Source: Girardia tigrina (Eukaryota). Taken from it: 64,000 nucleotides of DNA. The notes below the pieces were generated by a model that worked only from the letters and a program-made list of their open reading frames with translations, did not search any database and was not told the origin of the DNA. The stretch lies in NCBI GenBank assembly GCA_001938485.1, contig MQRK01250790.1, positions 1 through 64,000 on the forward strand. Direction: 5' to 3'. Both the position numbers and the translations under genes were made by a program. Shown piece after piece: positions 37,901 through 49,900 of this stretch. Position 1 is the stretch's first letter. Every line of letters begins with the position of its first letter.

Positions 37901-40900
37901 ATTCCGGACAAGGTAAACTATATTATATTAGCGATATTACATTATCAAAATGTTCAATTCCAATGAACTGATTCCAAAGCTCACAAATTTTTCCATGATG
38001 AATATGCCCCACTGTTGAAAAATGTGAGCCTCTCGGATAAAGACACTGGTAACTTTTTTGGTTCCGGTCCCAACCAGAATTTCCTAAAGAAAAAGAATGG
38101 AACGACGAGTAGCAGTCAGTGATAGCCGAAGAACCGCCATCATGTATCCGACACGTCAATGTTCTACAAATTTGGATCAGGTGCCGGGTTCCAAAATATT
38201 CAAAAGTAAAAAAATCAATGAATCATTGATTCACTATTTAGCATTTTATTGTCATTGAGAATGATCTTGTACGCAAAATTTCTATGTACTACTTCATCAA
38301 TAATTCAATCGACAAAAGTGGTAAAGACAGACAGACAGACAGAGTCAATATATTAGCGTTGTTAATGTGAGGAATATTTTTGAATGGTGATTATTATATG
38401 TTGTTTTAGGATTGTGTTTCTCCCATCCACATGGAAGATTGATATTTAAAATATTTTAAAACGTCGAATTGTTTTCTCAATTATTAAAATTTTAATAATC
38501 ACTTTAAAAATAAATTAATATTTCATAAATAATATTTTTCTTAAAATAAATAAAACTTATTTTTAATTTAAAGCATAAATTATTTTTGTAATCGAATTGT
38601 AAATTAAATTTGTTCGAATAATAAGACGTTAAAGAATATTATTTAAAAACTTATCGATCAAGAACGATGACGAGCTACGCAAGTTTTACGGAGAATTGTT
38701 GTAGTGACAATTCAAATTGTGATACAAATAAATGTAGTGAAAACTCATTTAGTGTTATCAATAGTCAAAATTTATTTAACAGTAATAAAATAGGATAAAT
38801 TCAAATATTGTTGGGTAAAAACGCAACTATTTATTTACTTAAAGATTTTATTGTTTGAGGCGGCTTTACTTTTGCCCCATATTCCTAAAAAATACTTGTC
38901 TAAAATGTCTCTCTAAACTCTTTTATCATATTTTAATGATCTGCTCGTCAATGCTCTCTTCTTCCAAACCATTTCTTAATCAATATACGATTTATGTTTC
39001 AACCCACATTACCAGCGATAGTGCTGCGAACCTCTATTGATATGAAACACTCCAATGAGTCTTTAATTAACATTCAAAATTGGAAAATTAAAGCCGCTTC
39101 AATCAATAAAATCTTTAATTAAATAAAAGTGTAATTATTAACCAATAATATTTTTAATTAATTAAATTTTATTATTATTATGTTACCATAGTTCATCATT
39201 TATTTCGCATCAGTGTATGTTTGCAAATGATTGAGGTGTGAGGAAAACCATTGAAATGTGTTCTATGATTACATTTAAGTCTTGTTACATTTAACTCAGT
39301 GGGACGTCTTGGCAAATACTGTTACACTTTGGCTTTTTGAGGAAATATATATCATACATAAGATGGGCGATCCATGTGGTCACTTCATGCCCCCTAAGTG
39401 AATTGCTCGGGCAACGAGATTCCTGAGAGTTGAGACACATTCCGTTCAATGGATTCGTTATCAATTAGTAGGAATGCCACGAGCTGATAATCAAACAACC
39501 AGGCTGATAATATATCAGAGACAGACACTCAAAGGACGGCACGAGTATTTTCGCTCGTTACAGATATAAGATCTTTATCTAATAACTTCTAAAAGCTTTA
39601 TTATCGTACACAATTTAATTAATAGTTCCGATATTCTCAGAGAACTGTGAACAGACTTTAGATACGGTTAATAAACAGAATCCATTTATGAATAAGGGCG
39701 TGAAGGAAATTGCAAAAGGACGATTGCGAATACAAATGAAACGCACATCAAAGGGTTTGAAAGGAGAAAACACTTTTGTTGAAAATAAAACCTGTCGTGG
39801 GTCTTGAGCCCCGACATCAATATAGGTGCCTACAGGGGACAACCTAAGCAAGGTGGACACCACAAAATGCTAATGAATGAGAAGCAAGGATAGAAGCTAG
39901 AAATCCAACTTTCTATTCGCTGTTTCTTCATCAAAATGATCATTTCCTTTGACTATGAAATCATTCAATCTCTTTGTACATATTCGAAATTTGAATTTGG
40001 TTAACTTTGATTGATTAAATTTGTGATACTCTACTTCCTCGTGATTGGTATGTGTATGTGATTTTCTTTCTTTTGCTTTTGTACAAAGTCTTGGGGTGAT
40101 TAGTTTTTCTTTGTACATAAGGTTTCCTGTGCGTGAGGATCGTGATGCATGTTGTGTGCATGTTTTATTAACGACTGTTTTTTATTGTTTTTTTATTTCT
40201 TATTAACGTGTGCCAACTTCGACCCGGAAGGGGGAAGTTCCAAGTTATTTTATCGTAAAAGAAGAGAGTACTTGGTTATATTTTGTGGAATTTGTCTTGT
40301 TTATTTTATCCAATCGCGCTTTTGTGAAAGCAACATCAATGATTACTGTTATTACTACAATAATGTCAGTGAAAAGAAAAGAGACGTTAACAGAGCGACA
40401 CAGACAGCGGCAACAACAACGATATTTTTACTATTTTTACTTGGACAATAATCTGTATGTACATGTGTATGTGTAGTCTCTTGCTACATCGTTCGCATTT
40501 TCCGTTGAGGGTACGAATCACAAATATTATCTGGAGATATGTTTTTATTTTTCTCATAAAATTATTGAGTGCAGTTTTATCATAAGATCAAAGAATAATT
40601 GCTCAGCGAATCGAAAGGAAATTTTGAACCTTTTGGTAACGATTTGTGTAATCAAAGACTATTTAGAAAACAGTTATTCTTATTCTCTTTTGCCGGAACA
40701 GTNNNNNNNNNNNNNNNNNNNNNNNNNNNNNNNNNNNNNNNNNNNNNNNNNNNNNNNNNNNNNNNNNNNNNNNNNNNNNNNGTGCAAGGTCAGAAAGAAA
40801 CATTATCTTAATCACGCAAATTGTCTTTTAAAGCGTGATTCAAAAATCAAATTCAAATTGAATGAAAATTATTTTTAGTCCCCTCTTTTTGCGTTATTGG

Positions 40901-43900
40901 AGGGATTCTCATTCTCTTCTATCTCTGACAAAGAACTGGTTTTATCCCACTTCTGACACCACTGTAGAAATACTGGTGTATTTCTACAATACATTTTGAA
41001 GACAAAGAAACTCAAAAAAACGAAAGAGTAATGAAAAATATATCAACATCAATCTCATTATTTGAAGATAATAAGAAAAAGAACAACAAAAGTACTCAGA
41101 CAGAAAACCTACGAATTAATCAAACTACACAAAAAAATGATAAATCTGATCGTACAAAGTTAAAAAACAATGAAACACAAACTACTGATATTGTGAAAAA
41201 AGAAGCTGTTCCAACATATAGTAATGATACAAACACAATAAACAACACCTCACATCTTGAATCACAATGTTCAATCAAAATGGAAGATAATCATCTCAAA
41301 ATAGTAAACAATATTATCGAAAACGACATACAAGGAACAANNNNNNNNNNNNNNNNNNNNNNNNNNNNNNNNNNNNNNNNNNNNNNNNNNNNNNNNNNNN
41401 NNNNNNNNNNNNNNNNNNNNNNNNNNNNNNNNNNNNNNNNNNNNNNNNNNNNNNNNNNNNNNNNNNNNNNNCCAACACAAATAAACGAAAAAAGATTAAA
41501 TTTCATTTTAACAAAAGAATTGAATGATGTCCAAATGGCCCTTCTTGACACAAAGATTAGAAGAAGACTAATAACAAAAGATACAACCTTAGAAATGTAA
41601 AACTTATTGATTAGATAGATTTTTTACAGTCCTAACAAACATGCACATAAAATAAAAATACAATCTCTAAAACTCCGTTTTCTTAGGGGGGGACTGTTGT
41701 GATACTCTACTTCCTCGTGATTGGTATGTGTATGTGATTTTCTTTCTTTTGCTTTTGTACAAAGTCTTGGGGTGATTAGTTTTTCTTTGTACATAAGGTT
41801 TCCTGTGCGTGAGGATCGTGATGCATGTTGTGTGCATGTTTTATTAACGACTGTTTTTTATTGTTTTTTTATTTCTTATTAACGTGTGCCANCTTCGACC
41901 CGGAAGGGGGAAGTTCCAAGTTATTTTATCGTAAAAGAAGAGAGTACTTGGTTATATTTTGTGGAATTTGTCTTGTTTATTTTATCCAATCGCGCTTTTG
42001 TGAAAGCAACATCAATGATTACTGTTATTACTACAATAATGTCAGTGAAAAGAAAAGAGACGTTAACAGAGCGACACAGACAGCGGCAACAACAACGATA
42101 TTTTTACTATTTTTACTTGGACAANNNNNNNNNNNNNNNNNNNNNNNNNNNNNNNNNNNNNNNNNNNNNNNNNNNNNNNNNNNNNNNNNNNNNNNNNNNN
42201 NNNNNNNNNNNNNNNNNNNNNNNNNNNNNNNNNNNNNNNNNNNNNNNNNNNNNNNNNNNNNNNNNNNNNNNNNNNNNNNNNNNNNNNNNNNNNNNNNNNN
42301 NNNNNNNNNNNNNNNNNNNNNNNNNNNNNNNNNNNNNNNNNNNNNNNNNNNNNNNNNNNNNNNNNNNNNNNNNNNNNNNNNNNNNNNNNNNNNNNNNNNN
42401 NNNNNNNNNNNNNNNNNNNNNNNNNNNNNNNNNNNNNNNNNNNNNNNNNNNNNNNNNNNNNNNNNNNNNNNNNNNNNNNNNNNNNNNNNNNNNNNNNNNN
42501 NNNNNNNNNNNNNNNNNNNNNNNNNNNNNNNNNNNNNNNNNNNNNNNNNNNNNNNNNNNNNNNNNNNNNNNNNNNNNNNNNNNNNNNNNNNNNNNNNNNN
42601 NNNNNNNNNNNNNNNNNNNNNNNNNNNNNNNNNNNNNNNNNNNNNNAATGACTTACCGTATGTAGTTTATTGTTTAATATTGGAGAGATTTTTATGATAT
42701 TAATAAAGAACATTATTAGTAACGGTTCGTTTATTTATTTAATTATTTATTATTTTTATTGCTTGGTTTTTTTGTTAGATTAGATTTATTAGATTAGATT
42801 TTTTATTGTAAAAATAGAAATATTGGGTCACTTAGTGTTGAACCCAGTATTTCTACAAAATTGAATCTTTATTAACACAATCTTTTTGATCAGAACAAAG
42901 TCTCAAGATCCTCAAGCATGTCAAAATTCTGGGTCTCATTCGATTGTTGCGCATCTTCAGACTGGTTCGGTACATACAACACTTGCAAGACGTAAGAGGT
43001 TCATTTGCTCTCTAAATACATCGTGCTTTATAGTTTTTGAATATTTCCAACAGATTCATCGGGACATTCAATATTGTCTTCCTCATCCTTCTCCTGAGCC
43101 ATTGGAACGCCTGCTTGCAGTATCTAATTCCAATGTTACAAGACTTTCCAAAGGATTCCTGGATTAAGAAATGCGATCTAGTGGTAGGTTGTTCTAGATT
43201 TTATTATCAACTCCTAAATAATGGGCAATAAAACAAGATATCCGTCTATTAAGTACCACTCCCGAACATTATAATACCCCTTAATTATATATGAGAACAA
43301 TCAAACTACACCATATAAAATGTATACGCTGATCTAAAAAACGTTTTCGTCACAAGAATCGTTATATGAGTCCTGGCAATTTTGCATATGCTAGTTTCAC
43401 AACTTTATACACCTTTTCGCCGTCACGCGCAATTGTAAAGTTAATCAAAAAACAAATTAGAATAAGTATTCAGAACACAAAATTGGATCGATGTTCGTTT
43501 ATCTCGAAGCTGACCGCACAGTGTAGCGCGCCGTCTGTACATATAGTGCGTCATATCCAGGATTTTTCCTATTCGGTCCATTGACATCCCAAGTAATAAC
43601 GATTTGCCTTCACAACTATTGGAGTGATATTAAACCAATTTTCTTCCATATGTACTGTTTTACACGCAGCAGACATTACAGGATTTGTCTGTGCAAGATG
43701 CTCTCGGTGAAGAGGAATACGTCGTATTAGCATCAAACTTTACTAATTTCAAGTAATTTACAAGTACATTAATTTCAATTCAAATTGTCTAAAATTCAAA
43801 GAAGATCTTTGGTAATTTAATATTATCACCTCCCGATGAGTGTGGCATTTACGCCAGGGTAGATCCACTTCAGCCTTAGTAACTCTTTCCTCTTAACACT

Positions 43901-46900
43901 TTTGATTCCTCTTCGATTACGTTCTATAAAGACTGGAAAATCAGTTTAACGGTAGTTGTTAGAGGTGGGCACGTTTTAAAATTTTCTAAACGTTTAAACG
44001 GTCTCCGTTTAGCGTATTAAACGTTTTGAAAACGTTTAAACGACCTTTAAATTCATGGATAAACATTGTGACTATTAACAACATCCATATGACTTTCAGA
44101 TCATTTAATAACATCACAACTAGAATTAACAATACAATAATTTTTCAATGATTTTCGCTATTTGACATATTTTCTTGATTAGTAATATTTCTGTCATCCT
44201 AGTTCTTTTTACAACAAATAGGGAAGAGTATTACACTATTAATTAATTCTCACAACTCATATTGGTCAAAATTAGATTTATGTATTTTTTTAAATTAAAG
44301 ATTAAATTTTTAAATTACATTATGAAATTAAATATTATATTTAAAAATTTAAAAATTACATTAGAAAAATATTTAATATTTCAACTTTACAATTAAATTA
44401 ATTTAATTTCAATTATTAGGAATCAAAGAAAATATCGATCATCCATCTGGTAGGAGAGACACAATACGAATCAACTTACAACATGCAAAAAATTTAAAAC
44501 AACAAATAATTTAGAACATTCATCACAGTGACTAAACTATATTTTCTTCAAATTCCATTCATTTCGGTAATTCCATGGCAATTCCATGAATGTTTACAGG
44601 AAATTCTTAAACAAACAATTTGTTTGAGCAATTAATACAAAAATAATGGTTATTAAGAACACCAACATGGGTTTTCAAACTTTTATTTTCATTACAATCA
44701 GAATTGTCTTTTGGACAACTCTCAGTAAAACTCTCGTCATTCGACATCGTTCTAAATTGATAATTTTTTATTAATGTTTGTTAATAAACAATTATTCGAA
44801 CAAATTTTTCATTATTTTCAGATTTTATTTTTACAGTTCAAATTTTAGTAATAATTTTATCTGCATATTAATTTTATTTAAAAAAATATTTTATGTAAAG
44901 AAAGATCATTTATTTAATTTAAAACTTAGTTAAAAGTTATTTACTTTTTTTAAATTTTTAATATGAAAGTTTGAAATGATTTAATATTTTTAATGTTTTT
45001 ACATATCTTATGCTGTACTTTAAAATATAAATTATATAAATTATACTCGAATAATTATTTATCGTGAACATCTAAAATATCATTTTTCCATCTGGGTGGG
45101 AGAAACACATTTCCAAATACTAAACTCAACATACAAAATTCAACAAAGCAATTTCAATATACCAAAATTTAAAATATTCCTCACAATGGTAAAGTCGCAA
45201 TAAGTACATAGTCTTTACATGTCTGTTTTTTTATTTCAAAAATTTTGAAGTATGGACTTAAAAATTACACGCTCGTTTATAAATCGCTAAACGTTTAAAC
45301 GTCCTAAAACGAAAACGTTTAAACGGTCGTTTAAGTGCTAAATGTACCCACCTCTAGTAGTAGTATTGCTCGATGTCTGTTCATTGGATTTGATGCGGCC
45401 ACAGGACAGCACAAGAGATGTACACCGTCCACATGATGTGTTGTCAAACTCGATAATTCAGATTCGAATTCCCCTCTCAACAACCCTCCTACTCAGAAAT
45501 ATTCAACAAGAGCTTCTTATCCAGAATCGTAGCAATTGTTTACTAAGATATTATATTAGATGAATTTTATCTTTCTTAGACGATATTTTGTTCATTAAAT
45601 GTCCTATGTTAATAATAATGAGTTACTTAAATATTATGCTCGTAAATAATGCAAAACTTATTGAAAATTGGTAAACCATAGAAAGCGACGTGGATCGATC
45701 AGTATACGTGGTGTCTCTTTAATGCAGTTTCTCATATGCTTTCCATCGGATATGGCCGATACCCTCCAACAAGTTCCAGTGAGGCTTGGCTCACCATCAT
45801 TAGCGTTCTAACAGGGGTCACCTGCTATGCCTTATTTGTCGGTCATGCAGCAGCTCTTATATATTCCTTCGACACATCAAAACGATTGTATAATGAAAAG
45901 GTATTCTTATTTATTCTTATTTCATCTTCCTGTTTTCTTTCTTAAATAATAAAATTTTTTCAGCTTATTTACGAAAATGATTTTCATTTATTTTTGGTTT
46001 ATTTAACTGGGATTAAAAATAAATTTCATTTAAAGAAGTGAAAAGCAACTTTTTTCTAGTTGCGGCGCACTAAGTCAGCAAAGTGTCTTTTGCGGCGAAC
46101 CTGAGGGACTGTCTGTGTATCAAGTGGTGACAGCACATGATATTACGAAATAAATATATTTCGTGGATATTACGAAATAAAGACTATTGAAATATGACAT
46201 AAATTTTATTAACAAAGTTTCAAATGATAAGTCCTAAATTTAGTTAATGCGAACTTGGAAATTGTTTTTCAGCACATATGAGACTGATGGAGGATCAATT
46301 TTTAAAGGACGAAAGCGCATTTCCTTGTCTATCATTTTAAGTCTCTCGAGACGTCATTTCAGTCAGTACTAATAAAATTGTCTCACAGAGATAAGAGTGT
46401 CCAAATGGTAACTATTCGGGATTCAAATATCGTTACTATATTGTTAATACCAATTAATTATCTATATCTATATGTATATATGTGAATATATTTAATGGAT
46501 CCCGCATTCTCTTTTTCTCATTCGCCTTGAAAAAACTAAGAAACAAAACTTTTTGTGATTCTAATTGTTTTTTATGTTTGTAGCTTTACAATGAAAACCT
46601 TGTAAAAATTTTAGTTGGAAATTAATTTTAATGGTTTTTTTAAAAAAAAAAGATTAATGCGAAAAAATTGTAAAAAGAATTTGTTTAAATAGATCAGATG
46701 ATATTGAAGGTTGAAAATTTGAAATGAATAAATAATCGATCGAAATTGCCTTCACTTATCATTTTCTTTTTTCTTTATCATTTTTCTTTGGAGTTTTATC
46801 GAGATGAAACGAATCAGCGATTTGAATAACAAATTCTACAGTGTCTCGAGGAAAACCGAGCTCTCCCGATGCAGTTATTTCAGTATTTACGAGCCACAAA

Positions 46901-49900
46901 TCGACGATCTGATTGCCGAATACCGCATGTGTCTCTCTCGCTTAATGAAGACTTGCCACAAGAAATTCGATCTGATTTTCCTATTTTGCTGTATCCTGCA
47001 GCGACTGGTAAATGAGTACTGGTACACGGATGCGAGCAAAGCGAAGCAATTCTTTGATGACATTTGGCGTTTGATTTCAGTGTGTCCAAACGAGACCGAT
47101 GATGATTTACAGTTGGAAGATCTTTCGATTGACGATGTCGTTTCCGCTAATTCCAGATATTCGGTGAAAAATATCAACTTAGAAAAAGAAGATCACGAGA
47201 TATTTGTTAATACGATTCGGTTGCGGATAATCAATCAGGATCAAATCAAATTAAAACGGGCCCAGTACCACGAGAAAGTTTCCCTGCGCAACCCTGTTAC
47301 CTCCGTCCGATTCTCGGGGCAACCTTAGTGTCGGGCGGATCAGTAACAGAGATTAGATAGCCTCGTTACTGAGTTTAGGAAATTTGTTACTCTGACAACC
47401 AAAAATAAGACTGTTGGATTCTTGATCAAGATTACAATTCATTAACACCAAATTTTAATTTATAACACAAATAACAGTTATTTAAACAATTTTTTGTCGA
47501 GGAACTTTTCTTTCGTTTTCTTTTGACCAGATTCCTTATACATAAAAATATGGGATTATAAATAATGATAAGCTATTTATTAAAAACGATATTTTAAAAA
47601 TTGAAATTTTTTTCCATTAATTTTATAGATTAACATTCTACTATTTGATAAAATTTAATTTAAAATAAAATATAAAATCAACAAAATTTATTTTAACTAA
47701 ATTAACAAAAAAAGAGTTTAACGCTTTATTTATTATCAATATTTCAATTTAAAAAACATTTTATTACCTAAAATTATTTTAACTAGTTATTTGTTTCATT
47801 TCTTTTACATGTCTAATTAACTTTACAAAAGATATTTATCATTTAAAACTTATTTTAATGTTTTAGCTCAATTTTTTAATTAAAAGTCCTGTACTATTTA
47901 TACAATTTAAATACAAAAAATAATTTAAAAGATTTAAAATTATTATTATTTTATTACAATTAATTAATTATAAAATTTTTAATGGCTGTTTATATATATA
48001 TATNNNNNNNNNNNNNNNNNNNNNNNNNNNNNNNNNNNNNNNNNNNNNNNNNNNNNNNNNNNNNNNNNNNNNNNNNNNNNNATATATATATATATATATA
48101 TTCTTTAATTCTTCAAATTTATTATCTAGAACTGATAATGGGATTTTTAATAATAATGAAAAGAAAGACCATTTTTGAATATTAAATTTATTCGCAATAC
48201 ATACGCGTTTCACCATTTCGGCATCTTCAGTGCAATGAAATAAAGATATTAATTACTATTTATATAGTTGAAAAACTATTAAATCACACGTCTCAAAAAC
48301 ATGCTTTTTTTTCTTTTTTTTAAAAAACAGAAAAGCATTTTAATGATATTTAAAAATATATAAAAAACTTTAATATGATTAGATGAATCACCTTGCACGT
48401 TTAAGCATGGTTTATGATTATCCACAAGCGAGTATCCACAAGCAGGAGAGGGACCATTGTTGAAACAAGAATTTTTTGACACTAATATTTTTCAAGAACG
48501 TGTGTGACGAATCCTTTTTTCAATCCTTTCATTCTTCTTATGGATCTTAATGAATCCTTCTTCTTTGTTACTCGAGTTAGCATCCTCAAAGGTATCCAAA
48601 CCAAGTCTCATGCTGGTATAGATATCTCTCCCCTGATTCTACAGCTATTTAAATAAAAGTTAATGTTCCAAAATATATAAATCTTCAAATTCCCCTGCTA
48701 GGATTTGGAAAGAAAGGATACATTGAATTTTCTCTCGTATAATGTAGCAAGCATCTGTACCTAGATTTGCGAGATCATCACTTCTATGTACGCTTTATCT
48801 AAGTTCTTTCTGTTCATTTCTCACTACACAGTCCTCTTCTCTTAATAATTAATTATCATTCGAAAATTAAATTAAAATGTGATTGACTGTTTTATCATTG
48901 ATGATCAACCTATAAATATAATCCTGTAATACTTTATGAGAAGACAGATGGAAGCCCTTCGCTAGATCGGATTCGTGAACCGAACATGGAACAAGATTTA
49001 TAATGATCAGTGTTCAGAAGACCGACACAATTGTTTTTACAACATTTATTATTACAACAATGAGAGTTGTCTCTGTGACTTCTCAACCCTAATTCTTCAT
49101 TCTAGTTGGTTAAATTACTTTCCGAAATTTATTTTTCATTTAAACTTCCTTAAAACTATTTTTAATTTCGTTTAATAGAACTATTTTGATGTATTATGCA
49201 TTTACATGTTGATCCTTGAAATTTATTTTATTTAGTTCAATTAAATCTATTTATTTAAAATATTCGAATTTTATTATTTCAGAGGTTTTGTTTTTAATAT
49301 TTGTGTTAATTAAAATATCGAATATTTCAAATTTAATAATTTTTTGAAAATTATTTATATTTAAAATTAAGCCGAATTATTATTTCATAAATTTAAATTT
49401 TATCAGATTAAAATTTAAAACTGCATGAACTCTTCTGAATTTTAATTATGCTCGAATTAGTTATCGCAAGTACAATAAAGTACCAATTTTCCAAGTGGGT
49501 GGAGAATCGCAATTCCGATTTCAGCACTCTCAAATCAACACACCACATCCATACACATTAGAAATGTTCCACACAATCGAGTCGAATCTAATCAATAATT
49601 TTAGAACATTCACCATCTATGTAATGATTAGTATCGAAATAAATATGCACTAAAATCAGAGATAAGTAATTTAGCGAAATGTATAAATGATATAATTAAA
49701 ATTAATTTATAATGTTTATCGCATTATAAATATATTTAATGCAAGACATTTTACAAATAAAGAGATTTGAAGTCGGTAACCCTTCTTTTATACTTAACGG
49801 ACTTTTCCTAATGAAAGGGTTGCGAAGGTAAGTCAATTATTGACCTCGAACTCAATTCTTTTGTCTTATTCTTCTATCGTTTATCATTATTATTGATCGT

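Larger units (their letters stand above)
43960..45356. mobile_element. hAT-type MITE hosting two solo LTRs
   Basis: TIR TAGAGGTGGGCAC / GTACCCACCTCTA; 8-bp TSD GTAGTTGT / GTAGTAGT; subterminal AAACGTTTAAACG arrays at both ends. Confidence 0.85.

Noticed and set aside
40963-42857. Hairpin TGTAGAAATAC-TGGT-GTATTTCTACA (40963-40988) and a matching CCAGTATTTCTACA end at 42844-42857, suggesting a TGT...ACA element
   Set aside because: No TSD, it overlaps the LTR pair, and intervening gaps prevent a consistent model.
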